DNA from: Klebsormidium nitens
Lineage: Eukaryota; Plantae; Klebsormidiophyceae
Direction: 5' to 3'
Assembly: GCA_000708835.1 (NCBI GenBank)
Contig: DF237279.1
Coordinates: 1 to 64,000 of the forward strand
DNA length: 64,000 bases
Part shown: positions 13,801 through 27,500 of the stretch, piece after piece
Layout of the letters: each line of letters starts with the position of its first letter
Numbering within the stretch: position 1 is the first letter of the stretch
Notes under the pieces: model-generated
Seen by the model: only the letters and a program-made list of their open reading frames with translations
The model's database searches: none
What the model was told of the DNA's origin: nothing
Made by a program: the position numbers and the translations under genes

Positions 13801-16800
13801 GGAACGTTGTGACGTGTGCAAACAGAGTTGCACGCCTGGAGGCTGTGAGAGACCCGAGTACTGCACCTTGCAAGACGATCGCGTCATCAATTCTGCAAAC
13901 AGCTGGCTCCGGAGCAGGCCACATATTGGTGAGCCTTTCCGTGCTCATTCCTTTGCTCGTCCTGGCAGCTTAGCGTGTGGGACGTATCTGCTCAACTGTG
14001 CTAGACTCGGTACTATGTCAATTCGGAATACCGCTTGGAAGGGTGAAGACAATATTGCTTGCATAGGCAGACGCCGTTTAGTCCCATTTCGTTTAGCCGA
14101 CTAGTCCCATGCCTTAAAAGCTTTGTGCCTTGATGAAAGTCCGCGAACCCCTTTTTCACCTCTATCCCTTGCGAAACATGTATACGGGGGGCAAACAAAA
14201 GGCATAGACGACTGCTTTCGCCAGGACTACGGAAGACAAGGTGGTCGTATAGAATAGACAAAGACGTGTACGACGTGGCATCCGAACCTGCATATGGAAG
14301 GACTCTCTGAGATTTCCAAGGGCGCTCAGAAGCCGGCCATCATTGCCTACAGAAGGGGCAAAGCTGAAAACCCACTTCAATCAGAATACGGTCACTCAAT
14401 ATAAGTTTAGCAGAATGAGAGACAAAGTGGTTCACGCGTGTGACTTGCGTAGCTAGCAGAACGTGACTGTCTAAACGGTGGCTGACTTGAAGGTTGTCGC
14501 GGCAGCTAACCTGACCCGCCTTTCTCGAAGCTCCACCTTTCTCCCCTGGCATCCACATAAGGTGGATATGAGAAAAGCTTGCAGAAACTATGTAACGAGC
14601 AGGATCCACGTCGATAGATTCATGCCACCTTCGAAAAATGCGGAAGGTCTTTGATCTGCAAAAGTGCAAACTCCGCACTCAAGCGGGGCTGCATGAGGTT
14701 CTGATGTTGCCGAGACAGCAAGCCGGAAAAAGCAGACTTTGCAGCATTCGGGGGGTTGCTGCGTACCCTGAGGTATGAGCGCGAGAATGCTCGTTAAGAC
14801 TTGAATCCTAGCCAGCAACAATCTAACATGTAGGTGTATAGAGCACACCAAAATGCGCATGCCTTCAACAACAGCCGCACGGAGGACTCTGCCCGCCTGT
14901 TATTGGACTGGAACTGGCATCAAAACGTATGTCTAGACATATGTAGGAAGAACAGAAAGCGAAGGGCTTTTCGAAGCCCCTGGATTGAAACAGGGTAGTA
15001 GAGTGTTGTGTGACAGAATTTGAGAGATCATATAACCAAGGGATCCCTGGCATCTTTGTCGGAATCAGATCTCTTGACTGGAGAGTGCGACCCCATGTCG
15101 ATAAACATCATTGCCAGCCAAACGTCTGGAGACCCCGGCCGCCCCGGAACCCAGCTTTGCAGTTTGAAAGCGCCCGAGACGTCCCGTGTGTGCATCCCCT
15201 TCGCCACATCGAAACTCCGCCGCCAATCCCAGCTGAGTTGGATTTGATGTGAACAGCTCTGCTTTTGATCTGCCCCTTGCGAGAACGAGATGCAAACAAA
15301 GAGCACCGACGGTTTCCTCTTATCTGGAGCGGGGAAACGTTGCGGTTGTGGAGTCGAAAATTGGATCGCCTATTGTGGCTTCAGGCAGTCCCAGGAAATC
15401 AGGGGTGAGCGCCCGGGGTTGCTCAAACGTCTTCCGTCATAGCCGAAGACAAAGGAGGCCTGGAAAATGCTTGGCGCGACGAACACAACCAGCCAAAAGG
15501 TGTACTACATACCTCAACGAATAGAAGAGGTTCAAGCTGGGTTGATCACCCAAAGAAACGAGTGAGTCCGATTACAGAACCAATCTAACGTGGGAGGCCG
15601 CGATGAGCGCAGCAAGTGTGATGATCTTCTTGATCAATGATCAGAGCAGAACAGTCACGTCCCGGCACAACGACGGCCACTAAAATTTAGACGTGGAACA
15701 GCTTAGTTCAGCAGCTTACATGGCGGTCGGACTGAACGAACCCTGTGACCATCAATGGAAGTCCCTGGAGGCATACGGGAGGCCTGATTGGTGTTCACAA
15801 CGGTCCAAAGCTTTCGCATAGAGCTCACTTTGATTGTGTTCAATACCCTGGTGAATGGCAACGTAGCAGAAGATCTGGCTTCACGAGTTCTGGGATTCGT
15901 GGCCACCTCAAAATAAAGCCTCGACAGAAACTTTTACGGCGGGATGAACGGCCACTGGCAGACGCTACGCGCTCCTAAAGTACCAACAAGAGTACGGAGG
16001 AAACCCCCAGACGAATCAAACTTTCCTCTAACGATATGCAGAACGGGCAACCCTCACCTCTGTACATTGCCAAACAATTGATCCTCGACGGACTAACTAT
16101 TGACATCCGTTCTAGGGCACAGCAACGATCGACTATCGACCATGCAAGCCTTTCTCTTTGTTTGCAACTAGATTTATCGTTGCTTTGACCGTAAAGCCCG
16201 GAAAATATCGTGAAATATTGCGTCACGTGGCTCAATCTTTGAGACCCACATGGCCATATCAAGGCCAAACTTGCAAATCATGGCCACAATTTGATCGAAT
16301 TTCAATGTCCTGACGGCGCAGAAACCAGCACGGCTCCGGTTGCCTGAAGCTGGGCACTCCATCGCGTTCAAAGCGTGAACAGAAAGTTGCAAGATGCTGA
16401 CGGTGACATGCTGATAGAACGTCAGTTCTTGCATTTCTTGATCACATGTGTAGCTTGATCACATCTGGGTAGCTCCGAGTGAGCGCATGGGAGAACTGAG
16501 CGCTCAAGTACTCGTGTCTTCTTCCATCCTGGCCTGAAGTGAGCAAGCATCCTGAAAACCAATTCTGAAAGACGAAAAGTGCAAAATCACCTCGTCATAG
16601 TAATGGAACACAGTTGCTCCGGTATGCCTGTTCCGCTCCTTCATGTGTTGGCGGCCATATCAGCCAGTATGCCAAGCATTTTGAACACAGCAAAAGCAGC
16701 ATACGGAATCATGGGGTAACTGATTGCTGAGATTCAAGGTCTCAGTCGTCGATCATTGCTGCAAGATGCCACCCCTTGCTAGTGCAAAGTGCCCAGAGGC

Positions 16801-19800
16801 GGAATGTCACCATTATTGGCACAAATGCTTTCACCAACGGAGCTAATGCAGAAACGGGACACCAGGCGCCAAAAATTTATGTAGAGCCCTTGGACCATCA
16901 AGCTGATGCAGTCAAGGCGGAGAGAGAACTGCTGACTGAAGCCCTTTCTCGTCGTACGGAATTGCATACAGAGTCACAGAGCCAAGCGGATCTTCGATGA
17001 GGGCGACAATCCCTTGGGAACCCAATCATTGGCTCCGAACCGACTCACCATACGTTTGGGGGCTGACCGCCAGCAATTTTGCCCCCCGGTGCAGTCAGTC
17101 GTCCTCGCCGAGCAACTAGAGACGAGCGCGGGGTTCTTAGCTGGAATCTCTTGTCCAACAGGAAAGATGACACACGAGGAAATATGATGGAGTGATAAAG
17201 CTCGAACACAACAGCTCCGGACAGGAAAGCATTTTGCAAAAGCACGTAGCCTGCTTGCACCTTTGCGGGGTCGACAGAGGTAGCCGATCGTCCAAGGGAC
17301 AAGAACTCTCGCTTTGACGATATCAGACGTTTGAAAACGGGAGTGTGAGCGCACACAAGGTTCGATTCGCTGGTGCAACCGAAGTCTCAAGGAAGACGCA
17401 ACAACGGCAATTGGCAGAGCTGTAAAGATCCGGTAGAAAGCCATGGCGCAGAGGACCTCTTCATCAGAAGTGCAGTGGACATTTTTATCAAAACATGCTG
17501 CCAGTTGGCGCGGCAATAAAGTCATGTCAAGCTGTGCGCCGCGCAAGGCAGACGAAGATACTTAAAAGTGTTCGGGGGCAGGGAGCATAACAGATAGCGG
17601 AACACTGGTCCAATCGTATGCCGGATTCTGACACCCTCAAAACCCTGACTAAGACACTTTTACTCGAAGCTCTGATTGTTTGCTCGTCAGGTGGCTGTTC
17701 ATCACCACAGCTCGTGAGTAGGCAGCGCGCTTCGAGGTCAAGAAAGGTGAGACGTCGAAGAGGAGAAGAGTATTATCTTGAGCGAAAAATCATTGTGCTT
17801 ATTGAAGGGCTACAGCACGCGCAAGGTGCGTCGGCGTCAAGGACTCGCCGTTCAAGACAGGGGCTTCGCCTTCAGACAAGAAGCACCTTTCAGATTGATA
17901 TAAGGTGAGCTACTACTTAGGGGTGTCGCACTTTTCAAATCGAGGGAAGTCAGTAGGACTGAAAGCTATCCAGAATCTTGAATCTTGCAAAAAAGGAAGA
18001 CGGCATATCAAGTAGATTACATCACTCCCGAATCACCAAGAACGTTAAGTTAGGGCTCACAAAGCTGGCTTCAAGGATGTCAGGCTCCTACTGTGGCTGA
18101 GAGAACTGTGACCGCAAGACTCCCGTCTCGTGCGTCTTCCTGACCAGCAAGCTTTCCCTTGCAAAAGGCACTGACGTTGACTGATCTGTCCCTCTGCGAT
18201 AGGAAAGCCAAACAATCGGTACCGCAGCTCAAGATCCTCCTCCTCTGCAAAGGCAACAGAGTGCGCGTCTAAGAAGCGAAGAGAGAGTTGTTCAAGGTGG
18301 CATCAGGATACTAAGGGTACTTTTTTTTCCTTCATGAGCGAAACACAAGGTTGCTCAGAACAAAGTCTGCCATCAGGGCCGACACAAGCGGGGGCTCCAC
18401 AACCAAACGAGAAGGCCGCAGAAGCTGAAGGGTGCAGATTGATAAACTGCAAGAGACAACCACCCACTTGACGTAATTGGACCTGCGGCTAAAGAGGACC
18501 GACTCGGCAAGAGAATCCGAACGTTACGGCGCGTGTTTGCATTTTCGCGCTAGGCACCGCTTTTGATAGATCAGGCTCTTAAAGGAGTGCCCAAGTGGAC
18601 GAGGCTGACTGCAGGGGAACTCACGCCGCCAAGGCTGCATTGATATCTATTGCTGATGAAAACGTCGTGACGTCTGCACAGAGTTGACACCTTGGAAAAG
18701 AGACTGTGAGAGAGAACGTATAAATGCAGCTTGGCATGACGATTGCGATGACGATTTGCCGCACCGTGATCCATAAGATGGCTCGCTCCGTAGCCAGCAG
18801 GGAGTGTGAGTTTGTCCGGTACTCATTCCTTCGCTCGTCCTGGCCAGCTCAGCGTATCAAGAAGTATCTACCCAACTGTTCCGAAGACTCGGTGCAAAAC
18901 TGTCTTATCTGGATACTGCTAAAAGGTTGGACACAGGAATACTTCTACAAGCAGACAGTTACTATGGTTCGTCCGCTTCAAATCGACTTTAACCCCATGG
19001 CGCAAAGCTGTATGCCTTCGTCACCGACTGAGAGTCCGCAAATGTGCCGTTTTTATTCGTCTAAAGGGGGCAGACAAGGGCAAGCAAGACGTCGTCATTG
19101 GGAGCGGCAGAAGAAAACGTGGGCATACCGGGTGGACATGGACTTACTTGACGTGGCATCAGAACCACCTGACAACGGCTTGAGCTTTCGAAGTTGCTCA
19201 GAAGCCTGCCGGTCATCGTGGCCCAGGGTACAAATGCGGACAAGCTGAAACTTCAACCAACAAGATACGGGAACTGGATAGACTATTTTAATACTATTGA
19301 CAACGTTTACGTCAGCGACTCGTGTACCTGGCAGATCATGACAGTCTATAAACAGCGGCGACTTGGAGGGTTGCTATTACTGCATGCACCAGCAACCTAG
19401 ACCTGCCTTCATCCGACCTCTACCTGCTCCACCAGTATAACTGCCAGGATTACCCTACGTGCTGGAAGGAAGAAGACGATGGATGCCCAAACTATGAGCG
19501 TTTTGCAACTGTTGTTCTCAAAGGCTTCTCAAGAACACCCCCGCCCTAATGAAATGCCACGATAGATTCTACGAACGTGCCGCGCATGCAGGCACGCAAG
19601 CGAGACAACGGCCCAGATGTCACGAAAAACTTCTAGAGGGAGCGAAAACTTGCCATCACGTAAGTCAAGGCAGCCCTTATCAAGATTAACACACGAAATC
19701 ACCGTATAGGTATGTGTGGCACCTCCGATCAGCGCCACACAAATCAGCCAAGCGCTCAATTGCCAACAACGGACGGGTCTCCTGCCAGTGTGCTTTCCTT

Positions 19801-22800
19801 GAGCCGACTAGACAACCTGAGAAACGACGTGTCTTTTAAGTATCCTGTGTGACTAGGAATGAGCTGGCTAATTCCGTCATCTTACAAAAGGGAAATCCGA
19901 AGAAACAGCACCAACGAATACATCTCGACGGCGCCAAAAGCGATCACAAACTCGACGGATGAGGCATCGCAGGCCGTTCACTCATTTGTGAGCGATGCAC
20001 GCTTGCTCAAAAGCTCCCTGCCAACATGGCCACTGTACACAAGTAGAGAGTTCCAAAGCTCGCCGACAAACAATTCGGCCGTTGCAGAGATTATGGGTGC
20101 AGGGAGAACCCAAAGACACTGAAACCTACGCCAACGTAGTTGGAACTGAGGTAATGGTCGTCAGGAAGACCGACTTGGCGGGACAGGTTTTGGACTACGG
20201 CACGAGGATTGCATCAGCGCTAGGCGCTGCTAGTTACGTTAAAAAGGCCCTAAGGCGTATCGTACGATTGATCAGTGAGCTGGGCTGTTTGCATAAAAGC
20301 TCAAGCCGCAGTTCAGCGAGGCTTAAGATGTTCTTCCTGACGAGAACGTCTCGAGGTCCGCAGCGCTTCGCAATGGTGCAGAGTGCGCCGTTCGAGCTGG
20401 CTACGTTCAAAAGCACTGCTGCCATGAGCGTTTCCGTCCTCAATTGGTTTGTCGTCCTGGCCAGTTTAGCATAAAAGACGTACACTCCTACCGAACGAGA
20501 CTCAATGCAATCTGTCTTTTCTGGATATCGCTTGGAAGTTGGAGGTAAGTTTGCTTCGAGAAGCAGGCAGTCGATAATGCGCATTCCCTTCATCGACGTG
20601 GCCCTATGCCTCAGAACGATGTGCCTTCGTGACCTGCTAAGAGTGCGCAAACCGCTGTTCCACAGCTGTACATTGCAAAACGTACGGACGCCAAACAAAG
20701 GGCACAAATGACCATATTTCTGGGATGGCAGAGGACAGTACGGGCGTACAAATGGACAAAACTTGTTTACCGTGGCATCAGAACCTGCATCATGCCAGCC
20801 TGAGCTTTTCGGGTCACTCTGAAGCCTGCTGCCATCGTGGCCTACAGAAGCGAACAAGCTCAAAACACACCTTTATCAAAATACAACGAAAGATTGGATC
20901 ATCCAGGATGTGAGAGAAAAGCTTATCTTTACTGTCTGCATGTGGCACCGACCGTAGAGATGGCTGATTTTGATCGTCAGTGGTCTGAAAGGCAGCCTCG
21001 AATACAACGGAAAACTCCCCTCAAAGACGCAACGCGTGATACCAGCGCCACCTTTTAACTCATAGAAGAAGAGAACGGTGTGAAAAGCAAGTGTTATAGA
21101 AAAAGTCTCTACCTCACCCAAGAACAGACTCGGATGTTCAATCGTTCCTAGCGCTCATTTGTGCACTGTGCCAAACCCAATGTCTGTGTACGCCCGAAGT
21201 GTTCCTGATTGTCCTGATCAAAACATGATGAAGCAGCCAGACAAGCGCAAATGCACTCAGAAAAGTTGATAGCCCTTGCAACCACTTCGAATACCCTTCA
21301 AGCTATGTACCGCGCCTTAATCGTCCAACAAACAAGAGAACCTGACAACTGCACGTAAGTCAAACTACCAATTCAACAAGAGTCAGCTGATATTCCCCTA
21401 GCATGGGAATTATGTCGTCAAAAAGACCTTGCGGGTAGACCATACACGAGAGCACGTCGGAGGACAATTACAATGACATCCGGCGCAAGCTTCTCTCTTG
21501 CAAGAACAAACGCGGCTAGATTCGAAGGAGCAAAGCGAGACTGAACGCCCCGCTGGCTCAGCGGCTTGTTCATCCAGGCCAGCATAAAACCATGAAACGT
21601 TTGAGCCCCGGCTCATCAACCCGACGCCTTTTCTTCCCCGCCAGACACAGCCCGAGATTCTGCACTCTTCACCAATGCGAAGAAGCCTGAACGGACCTTC
21701 TTTCCACAGCGGCTGTATTGACAGGTCCAAGATCTATTTACGCAGCAGCGTCTTTGAGCACGCTGCTAATGATCAGCAAAGAACCAGAAATGATTGTTCC
21801 GTACGTCCAACATAGTGAAGTGATAAACGAAGGCCCTCCTGTTTAAAGGCAGAAGCACGTAGGCTACGAAGCATGGAATCGAGTCACGCACGGCAGGTTA
21901 GCAGTCAACAGGTGTCTAAGCGCAGCACTGACTGAAACCGGAAACGCATGCAGTTCTCGAAGCTTGGATAAGTGAAAGGGTTCGGTGGGATGACTTGCGA
22001 AACGGCACATCATCAAAGAAGCCACTGGCAGCCTTCTCAACGAGAAAGTGAAGGTTTGGAGGGTGCAACTCCAGGTCCGTGAACATCCTTGCCAGCGAAA
22101 GGTCTGGAGGCTCCCCGCACCGAAACCCACCATGCATGGGTGAAGCACACAAGACCTGCGCCTCCCCTTTGCCACGTTGACATTCTAGACACTCAGTGAC
22201 ATGCCGCCAATCCCTGGTTGCTGCGAGAAGCGCTGTTCGTTTCCCGTCGCTTGCAAACTGAGAAATAACAAAAGGCACCAACGATATCCTCCTGTGTAGA
22301 GCGGACGCAGAAACCAAGGTTGCATCGTCCAGTGTGGCTTCAGGCAGTCGCTAGCAAAAGGCGTTGAGCGCCCAGGGGTGCTCAAACACCTGCCATCATG
22401 GCCAAAGACAACGGAGGGTTGGAAAATGCTGCGCTCCACGATCACAGCCAAGCCAGAAGATGCACAACACGTTTCATATCAAAAGACAGGTTCAAGCTGA
22501 AGACTTGTGTCACCAGAAAGAAACGTGGTAGCGATAGCAGGACCAATTCATCGTGGAAAGCTGCGATGACGCAGCAGATGTTATGATCGTCTTGCTCAAT
22601 GGTAATGGCAGAAAGACAAGGTCCCGGCACAACTAAGACCGTTGACCCCAGAGCCTATGGGAGAATTCCAATTTGGCAATCTGCGTGGCCTGAAAAGAAA
22701 TACTCCAACCTCAGCAGATCCATGGCGAGCTCCCCAAGTCTTGCGTTGCTTGTTTGCGGCCTCTACCGTGAGTCTGATTAGAGCCAACGGTCTTAGAGTA

Positions 22801-23900
22801 ACACGCGAGGGAACAGCAACCCGAGGTAAGCGACCCCTCATTGCAAATGAGGCCAAAAATATGTAAGCGCGTAACTTTGCCATTGGTTTCAAAAGTTTGG
22901 GGAGCAGGAACGAAGCAACAGATTCAAAGACGACGGCGCTTCTGGAAGCCTGCCAGAGGCTTAGTTCCTTTACTGATCGCGGCAGTCAGCATCTGTCGTA
23001 TGAAAGTCACCGTGATTCCTTTCAGTGCCCGCCGAAACCGGCCAGTACCACGCTAGGCTGAAATGTCTAGCATCCAGCAATACTTCTGGGGCTCGAGGCC
23101 AACCTCAGTGCGGAGTTTAGGGAGGGAGTGAACACGTTGTTTGTGACCGACCAGGTGACTTAAATAAGAAGCAATGAGGAGAGGGAGAACATTTACATGA
23201 ACAAAAAGGCATTGCAAATATGAAGGATTCAAGAGGACTCAAGCCGCGCAGCCAGTGACAGCCAAGGGCGAACAGCCGAGCTCATCCTATTGTTAACTGT
23301 TTACGACATAGAAGTGAACAGTAGAGGCCGAAAACTTGCTGCAACAGACGACCAAGCAGACCAATCATGCGTGGCTCATGCAGCAACGTGGTCAAATTGA
23401 AAGGCCTTATTGAGGCCAAGAGTGCAAATCATGGCCAGGGCTCGATCGCGAGTAGATGACTGCTCGCCTGAAATAACTCCATTCCAGCACGGCTCAAATT
23501 AGACACTACCTACATGAAAAAGGACACCCAGTTGGGAAGATCCTATGATATTGGGATATGGAAGAGAAGGTTGCAGATATCGGAATGATATTTACATCCT
23601 GACCAAATCCTAGTTCTTGCAGCAGTCTTCATCATCTGCAAAGCTGGCTCCGAGGCAAATGAGCGCTCGAGTACTCAGTCCCTCTCTTGTCTTGGCCGAG
23701 CCAACTAGACGCACGGAACGTGGGGACAGCAACCTTAGAGAGACAACAATGCTGAGATTATTGCGGGGTGGAAAGTGTGACATCACCTCGGCATTGCATA
23801 AAACGCGAGACAATAAGCCCAATTGCTTGTTCAACTGTTTCGTTTCTCTAAAGGATGCGGTTGTCACTATCAGCCAACTAACGTTTGAACAAACAGGGAA
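1870..23900. repeat. Degenerate nested tandem array of multi-kb units, probably decayed coding sequence of unknown family
   Basis: Ordered shared motifs recur. cattgctgcaagatgcccacc-like at ~2933, 4955, 10103, 12352, 16754; gtgcacgtgccaggtggct-like at ~3941, 5908, 10983, 13281, 17680; gagacccgagtac-like at 7221, 13849, 18709; ggagagtgcg-like at 8451, 15080, 22058; gcaaatcatggcca-like at ~9598, 16273, 23424. All frames contain stops or shifts. Confidence 0.85.
6700..6955. repeat. Cluster of four ~25-bp palindromes, TTTTGAGATC-N5-GATCTCAAAA
   Basis: A perfect copy, ttttgagatcgcgctgatctcaaaa, at ~6787 and imperfect copies at ~6721, ~6867 and ~6931. Confidence 0.7.
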
Positions 23901-24584
23901 AGCATAGCAACGTAAAAGAAGCACGACTACTCCTGGGTAGGAAAAGCAGATCCTCAACAAAGCCTAGAGGTAATCAACTCATAGAAAACCGCGCTTCTAG
24001 AAGTCACGCATGTAAAGTACCGGAGACAAGATTCAAACCCGCCTCAAGAGCATAAACCTTTTGACTTCTACTGGCGTTCAATTTGTCAACCACGGGTGAG
24101 AATCCAACCCCAAATGCTGTGTCGTCATTGCCAGCGGAGTCAATGTAAGAGATGTGATGTGCGATACATTCGGTTAAGCGTTCTTGATGACACTCACGTC
24201 GCGAGCTACACGGCTTTCACATCGTCAGCGCTTGTGTTAGCAATAGAACCAAGTCATTGGCTGCCATGCTCCTCATGCCAGCCACAGCCAATAGGCAACA
24301 ATAAAGTGAACATCAGACAATCAGCTCTTTTGGTCACAGTTCCTTTTGACAAAACCAGATACATTTGAGGTCAATGCCATGGCAAAGCTCCAGATGACAC
24401 ATGTAAATGACCCAATTCATAATGGCAACAGTTCCTTCCGGGACGAAGGTCATACCAAGAATGTTTCGACAACCCCAAACTCTGTACAAAGCGGCCGACC
24501 GGCCTACCACCAACCACCACCTTTCCAAAACGTCACCTCTCCTGACGTCACCTATTCGAACATCACCTCTCCAGAGGTCACCTG

Positions 24585-27500
24585 TCAATGCGCACTTCCG
24601 TTGGCCGACTTGACCCCATTCGCCACCGCAAGTCCCCTCCCTTCCGTCTCCTCCTCTTCCGATTGCTTGTCTTTCCGAAGACCCCAGATGCGTATCGTGT
24701 GGTCGTCGGAAGCCGACGCAAACATGTGGGGGTTGGTAGGATTCCAGCTCACGGCGTTCACGGTGCCGGAGTGGCCCGGAAGGACTTCGAGCAAGTCGCC
24801 CGTGCCGCGGTGCCATATGTACACCTGAATCGGAGACGCGTCAATGTCAACTTGGTGATATGTGTGATTTCATCGTTGTTGAGACCACGGCAGATGTAGC
24901 TATCCTCGAGAATTTCAGCTGCCCAGTGGCCCGGGAGGACTTCGCACGAGTCGCCTGGGTCGCGGTACCATATGTACACCTGAAACGGAAACGCGTAAAT
25001 GTCAGAAGAGCAATCTGGTGACGTCGTTGCTGTTGAGACCGTGCCCATGTAGCATCCTGAACAGGTCAGTTGTGCCCGAGTCGCCTGGGGAAACTTTGAA
25101 GCCAAGCGCATGTGCCGCAGTGCCATATGTACACCTGAAAAGCGAAGAGTCGTTATCAGAACCTGAATCAGAACCCAAGGCGTAAGACTCGCAAGCCTCG
25201 CCGGAAGGCCCGGAACCGTGGACTTACACTTACCGCAAATGTCGCGAGCAGGCCCACGCTGAGCAAACGGAGTTCTCAACGTGCACGATTAAGAATCCTT
25301 TTTGCCACACCCAGATTTCCAGAAACGGCCGATGAGAGTCCTCCTGAAATACTACTTTACCCAGAATGTAAACTAAGAAGACACGAGGGCTGGTTCCAAG
25401 TTCGCGGCCGGAGGCAAACGCAGCCAAATTGCGTGTCCTGCTTCACAAGTCCTAACCCTCACATCTACTAGATGGACAAACGAATCTTTCCCTGACCCCA
25501 GAGCGAGATCAGGGCACCTAGGATGTGGAAGCGCCAGTTCCTTCTCAGTCGGAGTACATCTGGTCCAAATCCGGGCTCAAAGAAGGCCCCGAACTCCTTT
25601 GCTCCTGGAACCTCACCTGAGAGTCTTCGCTCCCACTGACAATGAACTTCTGCGCGCTACCCCCAAAGCACGAGCGGATGACGTAGCGCCCCTGCTTCTG
25701 GCCCTTGTAGCGGATGGCGGGCTTCTGCGGAAGCCGGCTGGCCCCCAAGTCCCACAGATGGATCACCTGGCACAAGGGGGCAGGTGATTGGCAAAAGCCG
25801 GAACAAAGTTAGCAACTCTAAGTGATCTGGACCTCACTGTCAGCCTGAATATTGCTCGCTTCACCAAACGACGTTCTTAACGAGAGCGCCTCACTTGACA
25901 CGGTTCAGTGCTCAAGGTGGTTTCTGAAAACAAAGCAGGTCCGCAACCTGCAGGCGGACCCTCACCTTTGGCTACCTGCCAGAAACAAGAGTACTCAAAA
26001 GCTCGCACGTATTTGCAAAATATCTGAAGGTCAATGTTGCTATAAAAGGACACCTGACATGCCTTGCTGGTCAAACCTGGTCGTCTCCCTCCTAATCTTT
26101 TGACGTGAGCTGGGATTGCTGCCAAGGACTGGGCGGAGCACTGGCTTCCAAATGCACACTGAAACGACTCGTGCAGATCAGAGGCAGATACCAGTCTTCC
26201 TTACCTGGCTACTCAGGTTGACGAGCAGGTAACGGCTGTCCCCTGAGATGCACAGGCTCGTGATGCTCTCCACCTCGTCAATGGTCTGTTCCGAGCGATC
26301 AGCGAAGCGGTAGATGCGAATCTTCTTCTCGCTGCAAATGCTGATCTGCAAAACCGAACAGAAGGGGCTCAGTCGTTAAGGCAATCGGCACTTTCTCGAC
26401 GATTGCAGTGCAATTCGGACCAAAGGTCGGTGCTTCTGTTGGAGGAATAGCAATTTGATCGATGGGTCTTCTTGCTCGGTACGGAGAGAGGTTGGAGATT
26501 CACAAAAGCGTAACAAACCTTGATAAGACGCTGAGCAAATGGCTGGTTGAGGATGCAAGAAGGAAACGTATGGTTTGGCAGCGAATGCCTTCGAAAAAGC
26601 GGACAGGACATGCCGTAGGGATCAGAGAACGTGCAGTCTTGATAAAAGAAAAACCGTAAGTATCCGACGGCTGTACTTCCATACATCGCTGCCAATCTAG
26701 GCAATAGTGGCGAAGGAGACGACTCGCCAAGCGTCCAGTAAGTACGAGAATCAGGGGAGCGTAGGGGAAAGCTCTTACTGAAAACGCCAGTCCAAGAGAA
26801 GGAGCTTAGCGCGCTGGTGTTAGGACACTGCCTGAATGAAGCTTGCACCTTCATAATATCGATGAGGGCAAAAACGCACTCTAACAAAACAAACCGACGC
26901 CTCACCATCTGCGCCCCGTCGCTGCTAATTGCCAGGTCGTTGATCCTCGCGCCCGCCCACTGCTCCAGTTCGTTCCCGTCGATGTCCCACATGAACGTAC
27001 ATTTATCCACCCCCCCGGAAACGAACCGCCGCCCGTCCGGGAACCACGCGCACGCGGTCACGGGGTCCGCGTGCTTATCATAAGTGCGCCGCAGCTTGCC
27101 GGATAGCGTATCCCACAGCTTGATCTTGTTGTCGTTGCCGCACGTCAGGATGAGCGAGTCGTCGGGCGACCAGGCGACGAACGAGAGTGGCTTGGCGTGG
27201 CCTTGGAGGACGTGCAGAACTTGGACGTCGTTTGCCGCGTGCACCTGAAAGGACAAAAATAGTTACTGGGTTACTCAAGTAGGCAAGCTGAGCAACGTGC
27301 GGAGACGTTGGCGTTTCGCAGAAAGGTGTGACTTCTGGGATTCTTTTGCGGCCCGTGTCTGGAAAGAATCTGGAAGGCCAGACTTAGGAGAGCTTAAAGG
27401 AGTGCAACTAAAGGAGCTCTGCTGTCCCGCAAAGCTTGACGTACTCTGCCGCGTGCACCTGGCGAAGGGGTTGGGGGCGAGCTTTGATTAGCATCGGATG

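Noticed and set aside
5900-14100. LRR/NLR gene call for the array (fragments such as QLKGSLAGSLMKLS, LVRLPDQ, LSYLDTAW)
   Set aside because: The LRR-like fragments fall on different strands and frames and are not periodic, so they do not support a family call.
1870-23900. Retrotransposon or DNA transposon call for the array
   Set aside because: No RT (YxDD), integrase, tyrosine recombinase, DDE or Helitron Rep motif, LTR or TIR was recognised.
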